NCBI GenBank assembly: GCA_902763865.1
Contig: CACWTR010000002.1
Location: forward strand, 12,343-76,342
Length of the DNA: 64,000 bases
Direction: 5' to 3'
Origin: an uncultured Bacteroidales bacterium
Lineage (GTDB): Bacteria > Bacteroidota > Bacteroidia > Bacteroidales > Bacteroidaceae
The notes under the pieces are model-generated. The model saw only the letters and a program-made list of their open reading frames with translations. It did no database searches and was not told where the DNA came from. Numbering within the stretch: the stretch's first letter is position 1; each line of letters starts with the position of its first letter. Below, one piece after another: positions 38,387 to 47,300 of this stretch. The position numbers and the translations under genes are program-made.

Positions 38387-39478
38387 TCAGTGTCCGACGG
38401 GCAGTCCTTCGCGCATCAGTCCGGCTCCTTCGCTGATGATGGTGTCGCCTTCCCCGAGGCCGCTTTCCACGATGTAGCTGGTGCCGTCGTCCAGCGGGGC
38501 TACGCTAATCTCTGTCTGCTTTGTCTTGCCTTCTTCCACGCGATAGACGAATACCTTGTTCTGCAGCTCGAAGGTGGCAGTCTGCGGTATCACGATGACG
38601 TCTTTGCGAACAGTGGAGACGACCACCGTCCCCGTGCCCCCGTTGCGCAGCAGATGGTTTTTGTTGGGGAAGACGGCTCGCAGGGCGACGGCCCCCGTCT
38701 GTGCATCCACAATGCCGCTTACGGCATCCACTCGTCCCTTCTCGCTGTACTCCTTGCCATTGGAGAGCAGAAGCGACACGTCGGGCATTCCCTCCATGAA
38801 GGCTTCCAGACTGCCGTATTGCAGGGTGAGGTCGGTCACTTCGCGCTCGCTGAGACTGAAATAGACCCACATCTCGCTGTCGTCGCATACGGATATGAGA
38901 GGTTCGCTGATGTTCGAGCTCACCAGGGCACCGACGTGGTAGGGAATCATGCCTGCCACTCCGCTAACGGGGCTCTTGATGGTCGTGTAGCTCAGCTGCC
39001 ATCTGGCATTGCTGACCTGAGCCTCGGCCTGTGCCACTCCGGCTTGTGCCGAGAGCAGCGACTGGTAGGCCGTCTGCAGTTCGAAGTCGCCGATGACCTG
39101 CTGGTCGCGCAGCTGTTTCTTGCTGTCGTAGGTGAGGCGGGCCGACTGCTCGGCTGCCTTTGCCGACTTCAGGGCTGCCTCTGCCGTGCTCAGGGCTGCC
39201 TGAAAGGGAACCTGGTCGAGCACGAAGAGCGTCTGTCCCTTGTGCACGCTCTGACCTTCACCAATCAGGATTTTGGTGATGAGGCCGCTCACTTGCGGAC
39301 GTATCTCCACGATGTCGCGTCCCTTCATGGTGGCGCTGTAGCGGGCATTGACGGCCTGGTCCGTGCGCTCCACCTTCATGGTCCTGTAGGCGAGGGCTGC
39401 CTTCTCCTGCTTCTTCTCCTGGCAGGAGACGAGTCCGAGGAGGACCGGCAAGAGGGCATAAGCAATCTTCTTTACCAT
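38387..39478 (-). CDS. RND efflux periplasmic adaptor (membrane fusion protein)
   Basis: Lipobox LGLVSC. Coiled-coil hairpin plus barrel-sandwich pattern. Directly upstream of the RND pump. Confidence 0.85.
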   Translation of the reverse strand: MVKKIAYALLPVLLGLVSCQEKKQEKAALAYRTMKVERTDQAVNARYSATMKGRDIVEIRPQVSGLITKILIGEGQSVHKGQTLFVLDQVPFQAALSTAEAALKSAKAAEQSARLTYDSKKQLRDQQVIGDFELQTAYQSLLSAQAGVAQAEAQVSNARWQLSYTTIKSPVSGVAGMIPYHVGALVSSNISEPLISVCDDSEMWVYFSLSEREVTDLTLQYGSLEAFMEGMPDVSLLLSNGKEYSEKGRVDAVSGIVDAQTGAVALRAVFPNKNHLLRNGGTGTVVVSTVRKDVIVIPQTATFELQNKVFVYRVEEGKTKQTEISVAPLDDGTSYIVESGLGEGDTIISEGAGLMREGLPVGH

Positions 39479-39544
39479 ATTATATATATAATGTATGTGT
39501 GCTGATCGATTCCGTGTCGGGTTGCCCCGTCTGTCGGGCCCCTT

Positions 39545-40444
39545 TCAGACGAGGTGGCCGATGATTTGCTCGCGGTCGCCGGGCAGGTAGTCGATGACGG
39601 GAATCTCAATCATCGTGTAGGCTCCGGGCTGCTGTCTCATCGTGGCGCGGGCGGCACACACGAGCACCTGGGCCGTGAGGGCGGGGTTGTTTATCTTCAT
39701 GTTGAACTCGAAGAGCTGGTTGTGGGTCTGGCCGCTCACGCCCTTGCGGACGAGGTTCACACCGTGGCCCACGTCGTTCAGTGCATCTACGCTCTCCACC
39801 TGGAAGACGTGTGTCTCGTCGTTTGCGAAGTAGGGATCGGCCTTGACAGCCTTCGTCACTTCCTCGAGGCTTGCCCCTTCCTCCAGCTCGACATACACCA
39901 TGCGGCGGTGGATGCCTTCGCCCACGGGGATGGTCATCGAGAGGGCATCCCGGACGCCTGCCTTGCTGCGGACGCAGACGCTGTGGCCCATCGAGCGTCC
40001 GGGACCGAAGTTGGTGTAGGTGATGCCTTTGGGAGCAAGAGCCTCCATCAGGGTGCGGACAATGCTGTCGCTGCCCGGGTCCCAGCCTGCCGAGATGATG
40101 CTGACGGCTCCGTGCTGCTTGGCGGCTGCCGAGAGCGAGCGGCGAAGGTCGAGGATGGACGTGTGGATGTCGAAGCTATCTACTGTGTTGATGCCCAGCG
40201 CCAGGCACTTGAGGGCGTGCTCCTCGACGGAACGCGTCGGCGTAGCCAAGATGGCTACATCGACCTTCCCCAGCTCCGCGATATCCTTCACTACGGCATA
40301 GCCTGCCAGTTCTGCCGGCTTGTCAGCTCCGCCGTTGCGACGGACAATGCCTGCAATCTCCATGTCGGGAGCTGCCTGCAAAGCCTGCACGGTGTAGCGC
40401 CCGATGTTGCCGTAACCGACAACTGCAATTCTCAATTTCTTCAT
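39545..40444 (-). CDS. ddh: meso-diaminopimelate D-dehydrogenase
   Basis: MKKLRIAVVGYGNIGR Rossmann start at 40444. Full-length similarity to Ddh by recall. The track extension to 40630 reads through repeats. Confidence 0.85.
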   Translation of the reverse strand: MKKLRIAVVGYGNIGRYTVQALQAAPDMEIAGIVRRNGGADKPAELAGYAVVKDIAELGKVDVAILATPTRSVEEHALKCLALGINTVDSFDIHTSILDLRRSLSAAAKQHGAVSIISAGWDPGSDSIVRTLMEALAPKGITYTNFGPGRSMGHSVCVRSKAGVRDALSMTIPVGEGIHRRMVYVELEEGASLEEVTKAVKADPYFANDETHVFQVESVDALNDVGHGVNLVRKGVSGQTHNQLFEFNMKINNPALTAQVLVCAARATMRQQPGAYTMIEIPVIDYLPGDREQIIGHLV

Positions 40445-40503
40445 GTCTCTTATTTTTTGTTTGGTATTGATGCTTCGTGGGTCAGTGCCTCGTGAGGTGT
40501 TCA

Positions 40504-40569
40504 TTGCTTCATCGCCATGAAGCAATTGCTCCATCGCGATGAAGCAATCACTCCATCGCGATGAAGCAA
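40504..40569. repeat. three tandem 22-bp palindromic units (TTGCTYCATCGCNATGAAGCAA) in the ddh upstream region
   Basis: Units at 40504-40525, 40526-40547 and 40548-40569. The first is a near-perfect palindrome. Confidence 0.9.
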
Positions 40570-40748
40570 CGAACTCGACGCGAGGGGTCCGCTTCCTCCT
40601 CGTCTTGCCCCCTCCCGTTTCTCGGTACATGTCCTCTCCATATACATATTATATTATGTATGGCTATTCGATGATGGGGGGATTCCCATCGTGAACGTCA
40701 TTCCATCACTTCCGGAGCTTTTAGTCAGTATTATCCTGATTTCGTTTG

Positions 40749-40756
40749 CAAAGATA
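40749..40756 (-). promoter_or_regulatory. candidate -7 box (TATCTTTG on minus strand), about 300 nt upstream of ddh
   Basis: CAAAGATA on the plus strand within TTTGCAAAGATACAGC. Confidence 0.35.
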
Positions 40757-41046
40757 CAGCTTTTTGTCGAAATGAACAACAAAATGTACACTTTTTCACT
40801 CACTTAGGCCAAATCCGAAGGGAAAAAGCGTCTCCCGGCAGGTTCGCGAGCCTGAATCGGCAGGCAGGAAGTTCTCCGTTGGAAACAACGCATGTACAGA
40901 GGGAAAAACACTTTTTGGGAAACTTTTTGTTTCGCGTCAAGTAGTCACTGCGTTGAGGTTCAGCAGAATAAGATTTCGTTTTGGAAAACTTTTCATTTTG
41001 CGATGATTTTTTCTTGTTTTGTTTTGGTCAAGTCGGAAAAGTTTCC

Positions 41047-41054
41047 TATCTTTG
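41047..41054 (+). promoter_or_regulatory. candidate -7 box TATCTTTG for nrdD
   Basis: 56 nt upstream of the ATG at 41110. Preceded by GGAAAAGTTTCC and GAAAACTTTTC palindromes. Confidence 0.45.
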
Positions 41055-41109
41055 TACTCGTTTTCAGTGAGCAACTACAAAAGTCACATTAAAACACACC
41101 ATACCCATC

Positions 41110-43269
41110 ATGATCGTAATCAAGAGAGACGGCTCTCATGAAGAGTTCAACAGAGCCAAAATCAAGAACGCCCTTATCGAAGCGTTAAGGTCCGTCAACA
41201 AGATGGACGAGGAGAAAATCAAGAGTGTTGCCACCGACCTGAGCGAAAGCATTTCCGTGCGCGACGGATTCACCGTGGAGGAGATTCAGAACCGCGTGGA
41301 GATGGCACTGATGCAGAACGGCTACTACGACGAGGCAAAGTCCTACATCCTCTATCGCCACAAGCATGCCGAGGCCCGCTTCATCAAGGAGCGCATCGAC
41401 TACATGAACGAGTACAGCCACACCAGCGACAACGCCGCCACCGCCTCCGAAACCGATGCCAACGCCAATGTCACGATGAAGAACGTGGCCAACCTGGAGG
41501 GCGAAGTCTATAAGACCACCAACCGCGTCATACAGCGACAGCGTATGAAGGACAAGCTCAACCAGATGTTCCCCGAAGTGTCCAAGCAGTACGAAATCGA
41601 CTTGAACCACCACATTATCTACACACACGACGAAGCCTCCACGCCCGTGCTCAAGCAGTACTGCATGGCCGTCAGCCTCTATCCCCTCATGACCGAGGGC
41701 GTAGGCAACATCGACGGCGTCACGCCCGGACCGCCAAACGACCTCCAGTCCTTCTCGGGGCAGATCACGAACCTCACCTTCCTCCTCTCCTCGCAGTGCA
41801 AGGGAGCCGTAGCCTTCGGCGAGTACTTCATCGTGCTGAACTACTACATCATCTCCGAGTTCGGGCAGCAGTGGTACGACCACCTCGAGGACATCGCCAC
41901 CACAAGCATCTGCCTCCAGCAGCGCACCGTGCGGGACCACATCCTGAAAGCCTTCAAGCAGTTCATCTGGGGCATCAACCAGCCGGCAGGCAACCGCTCC
42001 TACCAGTCACCCTTCACCAACGTCTCCTACTACGACCACACCTACTTCCAGAGCCTCTTCGCCGACTTCTGCTACCCCGACGGCACCAAACCCGAATGGA
42101 AAGCCATCGACACCCTGCAGCGCATGTTCATGAAGTGGTTCAACAAGCTGCGCCTCAAGCAGCTCCTCACCTTCCCCGTCGAGACAATGGCTATGGTGTA
42201 TGACCCCGAGACGAAGGACATCATCGACAAGGACTACAAAGACTTCACAGCCGAGATGTACGCCGAGGGACACTCCTTCTTCACCTACATCTCCGACAGC
42301 GCCGACTCCCTGGCCTCCTGCTGCCGACTCAAGAACGAACTCACGGAGAACACCTTCAACCCCACGTCCGGACTGACAGGCGTCATGACTGGCTCCTGCA
42401 ACGTCATCACCCTGAACATCAACCGCATCGTACAGGACGCCAAGCGCACCGTCTCCGGAACAGAAGGCAACTTCGACTTCTACGCCTTCCTCCGCCTCTA
42501 CCTGACCACCATCCTGGAGCGCGTCTATAAGTACCACATCGCCTACAAGTCCATGCTCTACGAAATGGAAGACCGCGGCATGTTCGCCGCATCCAACGGC
42601 GGATACATCTACATCAGCAAGCTCTACTCCACCATCGGCATCAACGGACTGAACGAAGCAGCACGATTCCTCGGACTGACCGTAGGCAACAACCCCGAGT
42701 ACATACAGTTCCTGCAACTCATACTCGGCACCATCAAGGAGGAAAACAAACGCCACAGCATCCACGACAAGAAGAAACCCTACCTCTTCAACTCCGAGGT
42801 CGTCCCCGCAGAAGGACTCGGCGGAAAGAACTACCGATGGGACAAGGAGGACGGCTACTGGGTGCCCGAGGACGAGAACCTCTACAACTCCTACTTCTAC
42901 GACGCACACGACGACACCCGGGTGCTCGACAAGTTCATCCTCCACGGACGACAGACCTACCAATACACCGATGGCGGCAGCGCACTCCACTGCAACCTCC
43001 AGGACCACCTCTCGAAGGAACAGTACCTCAAGCTCATTGACTTCGCCATCGAGAACGGCACGTCCTACTACACCTTCAACATCCCCAACTCCAAGTGCGA
43101 GGACTGCGGCCACATCATCAAGAAGCCCATCGAAGTGTGCCCCTGCTGCGGCAGCAACAACATCACACAATACACCCGCATCATCGGCTACCTCCGTCCC
43201 ATCCCCGCCTTCGGCAAGGACCGCCAGATAGAGGCCGCCAAGCGCACCTACAGCTGCAGCCTCGGATGA
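41110..43269 (+). CDS. nrdD: anaerobic ribonucleoside-triphosphate reductase
   Basis: N-terminal ATP-cone (MIVIKRDGSHEEFNRAKI). C-terminal Zn ribbon CEDCGH...CPCCG. Glycyl-radical motif TRIIGYL. Confidence 0.9.
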   Translation: MIVIKRDGSHEEFNRAKIKNALIEALRSVNKMDEEKIKSVATDLSESISVRDGFTVEEIQNRVEMALMQNGYYDEAKSYILYRHKHAEARFIKERIDYMNEYSHTSDNAATASETDANANVTMKNVANLEGEVYKTTNRVIQRQRMKDKLNQMFPEVSKQYEIDLNHHIIYTHDEASTPVLKQYCMAVSLYPLMTEGVGNIDGVTPGPPNDLQSFSGQITNLTFLLSSQCKGAVAFGEYFIVLNYYIISEFGQQWYDHLEDIATTSICLQQRTVRDHILKAFKQFIWGINQPAGNRSYQSPFTNVSYYDHTYFQSLFADFCYPDGTKPEWKAIDTLQRMFMKWFNKLRLKQLLTFPVETMAMVYDPETKDIIDKDYKDFTAEMYAEGHSFFTYISDSADSLASCCRLKNELTENTFNPTSGLTGVMTGSCNVITLNINRIVQDAKRTVSGTEGNFDFYAFLRLYLTTILERVYKYHIAYKSMLYEMEDRGMFAASNGGYIYISKLYSTIGINGLNEAARFLGLTVGNNPEYIQFLQLILGTIKEENKRHSIHDKKKPYLFNSEVVPAEGLGGKNYRWDKEDGYWVPEDENLYNSYFYDAHDDTRVLDKFILHGRQTYQYTDGGSALHCNLQDHLSKEQYLKLIDFAIENGTSYYTFNIPNSKCEDCGHIIKKPIEVCPCCGSNNITQYTRIIGYLRPIPAFGKDRQIEAAKRTYSCSLG

Positions 43270-43718
43270 AGTACGTCGATGTAAAGGAAGTCTTTGCCGA
43301 AATTCCGGACGAGATAACCCTGGCTGTCAGCATCAGCGGCTGCCCCATCCGCTGCCCCGGATGCCACAGCCGCTATCTCTGGGACGACGTGGGCGAGCCC
43401 CTCACCGCCGAGGCACTGGCCGACATGCTCCGCAGCCACGCCGGAGTGACATGCCTTTGCCTGATGGGAGGCGACCAGGACCCCGCCCTCATCGACAGCC
43501 TCGCCCGTTGGGTGAAGGAGAACACCAGCATCCGCACAGCCTGGTACAGCGGACGCACCAAGCTCCCGCCCGAAATCAGCCCCCGCCACTTCGACTACCT
43601 CAAGACCGGACCCTACGACCCTGCCCGCGGACCACTGAACGTCCGCACCACCAACCAGCGCCTCTACCGCGTGGAAGGCGGCACCCTCACCGACATCACC
43701 CACCGCTTCTGGCGCTAA
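43266..43718 (+). CDS. nrdG: anaerobic RNR activating protein (radical SAM)
   Basis: GCPIRCPGCHS cluster motif. ATGA overlap with nrdD. Start MKYVDVKE at 43266. Confidence 0.85.
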   Translation: MKYVDVKEVFAEIPDEITLAVSISGCPIRCPGCHSRYLWDDVGEPLTAEALADMLRSHAGVTCLCLMGGDQDPALIDSLARWVKENTSIRTAWYSGRTKLPPEISPRHFDYLKTGPYDPARGPLNVRTTNQRLYRVEGGTLTDITHRFWR

Positions 43719-43762
43719 GCCGCCCCCTTCTTCCCTTTCACGCCAACGCGTGTATTCGGTTT

Positions 43763-43838
43763 GTTTCCCCGTGCGAAACGATTTGTTTCTCGCGGGGAAA
43801 CAATTTGTTTCACGCAGGAAACAACCCGCCTCGACGTG
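43763..43838 (+). repeat. second copy of the ~75-nt GTTTC/GAAAC triple-palindrome element
   Basis: GTTTCCccgtgcGAAAC, GTTTCtcgcgggGAAAC, GTTTCACgcaGGAAAC, then AACCCGcctcGACGTG. Aligns with the reverse complement of 8840-8914. Confidence 0.8.
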
Positions 43839-43877
43839 ACATCCGATGCCGAATAATTTGTTAGAACTTCAAGTTTC

Positions 43878-43991
43878 GGAAGTTAATGAAGTTAATGAAG
43901 TTCAAGGACGATACCAATGGGATGTGGTGTACTTTCAGCCTTGAATCGGACCGCAAAACTATTGTCCTTTAACTTCCCTAACTTCCCTTAA
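43878..43991. repeat. imperfect hairpin whose arms are tandem GAAGTTAAN 9-mers
   Basis: GGAAGTTAATGAAGTTAATGAAGTTCAAGGAC (43878-43909) against GTCCTTTAACTTCCCTAACTTCCCTTAA (43964-43991). Confidence 0.7.
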
Positions 43992-44120
43992 AAGCACAAT
44001 AACCGAAACTTAAATTAGTACATTGAATATCTCAGCGTGTATTATATGAAGAATGTCCTAAAATGCATCCAAAATCACGCTATTCTCTACAAATCTTATC
44101 GTTAATTGAAAAAAAATATC

Positions 44121-44128
44121 TACCTTTG
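44121..44128 (+). promoter_or_regulatory. candidate -7 box TACCTTTG, 267 nt upstream of the GLUG-repeat gene
   Basis: TAnnTTTG match. Confidence 0.35.
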
Positions 44129-44394
44129 CAGCCGAAGGGCTGCGAAAACGATAAGACAAGAGGGAACTTGGAACAAGCATTGTTCTCCTTACGCAATATC
44201 GGCTTAACATGAAAATAGCAAATAGAGAAATATATATACCTATGGCAACAGCAATAAAAGCAATACCGACGCTTTATGGTAAAGAAGCTCGCCGTGCGGG
44301 CGTGTAAATTTACGGTTTTCCTTGCTTTCGGGCAAGGGAGGCCGCATTGTTTTTTAGTGTCAATGAATAAACAACAAATAAAAATAAACACAAT

Positions 44395-47300
44395 ATGAGA
44401 ACCAAACAATTATTTCTGATCCTCACCCTGCTCTGCACCGTGGTGCAGGGAGCGTGGGCACAAAACTTTGACGTGTGGGACGGCGTGACGACGAAGAAGC
44501 CGTCGGGTTACTATGATGATCCTGAAGATGATTGGTATATAACAATTAACTCGGCGGCCGAACTCGCCTTTGTAATGCAAAACTACAAGCCTGATCCCAC
44601 TTATGAATTTTATAATTTGCCGTGGCCTCCTTTTGTGCTTGGTTCAGTAGTTAGCAGGGCCAGTTGTGAGGTGAACTTCATACTGAACGCCGATGTCGAT
44701 ATGACAGCTGGAACGTGGATACCTATTGGCACTAATTGGGAGGAGAAAAGGTTTTACAAGCGTTTCTACGGCAACGGCCACACCGTCCGCCTCAAAATAG
44801 ATGGTGCCACCGACAACTACCAGGGCATGTTTGCTGTGGTTAATGGTTTGGTCACGAATCTTCGCGTGGACGGCAGGATCTCTTGCGGCAACGCGCGCTT
44901 GGTGGGCGGCATCTGCGGCTATAACACGGGCACGATAGAAAACTGTTGGGTGAGCGCTGACGTGGAAAGTAATCACTGGAACGTTTATCACTATGCCGAT
45001 TTGGGTGGTGTCTGCGGTTGGAATGATGGTACGGTCAAATACTGCTGCATGACGGGCAACGTGAAGAACACGGCAAAGAACGCCGGCGTGGGCGGAATAG
45101 TGGGTAGCAACTACGGCACCGTCCAGCACTGCACCTTCTACGGCGACGTCTCGGTGGACTACACCCAAAACAATAAATACGTAGGCTACCAGACAAAAAC
45201 GATGGAGAATTGTTTCGATGTCTTCAATCAGGGCGAATACGATGCTGACGGAAATATGAGTCTTTATCGCCGTGCCATCAAATATCCCTATGCCCTCAAA
45301 CTTACAAGTGCGGGCAGTTCCACCTACGTGGTCAGTGCCGGCGGGGAAGAAGGCGCTTCTGCAACACGCTCTGGTGAGACCGTCACGCTCACCAAATCCG
45401 GAACATTCGATATGGTAAGAGTAGAAATCAAGGATGCCGACGGTAACGATATTTCCACTACTGGCGACATCAACGGCACACTGACGTTCACCATGCCGAA
45501 AAGGGATGTCTATATCGCGGCTTACTCCTGGTCTGACTGGCCCACGCAGGGCACAGGCACGTCGGACGACCCCTACCTCATCAGCAACGCCGAGGAGTGG
45601 AAACGCTTCGCCAACAACGTCAGCCTCGGGCGCGACTACAGCGGACAATACATCAAGCTGACTAACGACATCAGCGTATCGGCCATGGCGGGGGGCAGCG
45701 AGACCAACGCGTTCAAAGGCACCTTCGACGGCGCGGACCATACGCTGACCTTCAACGCGACGGGCCAGACGGAGAAGTTCATCGCCCCGTTCCGCTGCGT
45801 GGGCGGCACTGCCACCATCAAGAACCTCAAGACGGCGGGGCGCATCAGCAGCAACAATATGTATGCAACCGGCTTGATTGCGTCTATCGAGAAATCTAAT
45901 GAGAACAGCCCCTCTATCACTGTTGAGAACTGCCAGTCGTCGATGGCAATCAACAACAGTGGCAGCGGAGACCTGACCCTCAGCGGCCTTGTGGGTCGCA
46001 TTGAAAACGCCACTCTCACCATCCGCGGCTGCGTGTTCGACGGCAGCTTGTCGGGCAGCAGCGCCACGGGCAATGCCGGTTTCGTGTCGTGGGTCGCTCC
46101 CCATAGCAACGTCATCGTCGAGGACTGCCTCTTCGCACCCAGCAGCCTCAGCACGAGCACAGACCTGTGCGCCACCTTTGCCCGCAAAGACGCTGACGCA
46201 AGTGCTGTGGTGACAATCGCCAGATGCTACAGCACACAGGCTCTCGGAGAGCGGCAGGGCATTCTCTGCATCTGCACCACCAGTGCGCCGAGCCAGCTCG
46301 GCAGCCTGGTGCACGACTACGGCAAGCTACAGGCATACGAAAACGGCCTGTATTACAACGGCAACTACTACCTCTCTCCCACCACCAGCACCAACGCCGG
46401 CACGGAGGGCGACCCCTACATCATCGCCCACGAAGCCGACTGGGAATCCTTCGTCCTATGGATTAAGGAAAAAGGCGACAGTTTCACCGGCGAGTACGTG
46501 CAGTTGGCAACCGACATCACCGTATCGACAATGGTGGGCACCAGCGAGATTCCCTTCAGCGGCATATTCCTCGGCAACGGCCACACCATCACCGCTAACA
46601 TTTCCGACGCCAGCAACGATGGCACCGCCCTGTTCCGCAACATCAAAGGTGCCACCATCAAGGACCTCACCGTGGCAGGCACCATCACCGGCGGCTTGCA
46701 CGCGGCAGCCATCGTGGGTATTGCGAGAGGCACGGGCAACAGCATCCGGAACTGCGTGGCCACGGCCAACGTCAGCGGCGGCACGCACATCGGCGGCATC
46801 CTGGGCCACGCCACCAACAGCGACATCGCCATCAGCGGCTGCGTCTTCAGCGGCACGATGACGGGCGGCGCTACGGCCAAGGGAGCCATCGTCGGATGGG
46901 GCGACAACGGCGGCACCAAGAGCGTCACCGACTGCCTCTACCTGATGGCCAACGGCCAGAACACCGCGAATCTCGATTTTGTGCGGCAGTACGAAGGCAC
47001 CGTCAGCGTGACCAACAGCTACAAGACCACCAGCGCCGGAACCTATGGCACGCATTGTTTCTCCTTCACCTTTCCCCCTGCCCCTCTCGGCAACCCGAGA
47101 CAGGACTACGGCGGGCTGACGGCCTACGAGGACGCCATCTTCTACGACGGCACATACTACTTGGCTCCCGCCACCCTCAGCGGCAGCGGCACGGAGAAAG
47201 CCCCCTACCTCATCTGCAACACATTCGAGTGGGACTCCTTCGTCCGTTACGTGAACAGCGGCACCACTTACAGCGGGCAGTACGTGAAACTGGCGGAAGA

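Noticed and set aside
40445-40630. N-terminal extension of ddh to 361 aa, as given in the ORF track.
   Set aside because: The extension reads through the 22-bp tandem palindromes and a GC-rich leader. The canonical Rossmann N-terminus MKKLRIAVVGYGNIGR starts at 40444.
40445-40745. Lysine riboswitch (L-box) in the ddh leader.
   Set aside because: I could not find the conserved L-box core segments in the minus-strand leader. Without a covariance-model scan this stays unsupported.
40900-41109. NrdR-box operator upstream of nrdD.
   Set aside because: I found no match to the NrdR box pattern as I remember it. Only GAAA(A/C)-N-TTTC type palindromes are present, and those resemble the dispersed repeat families.
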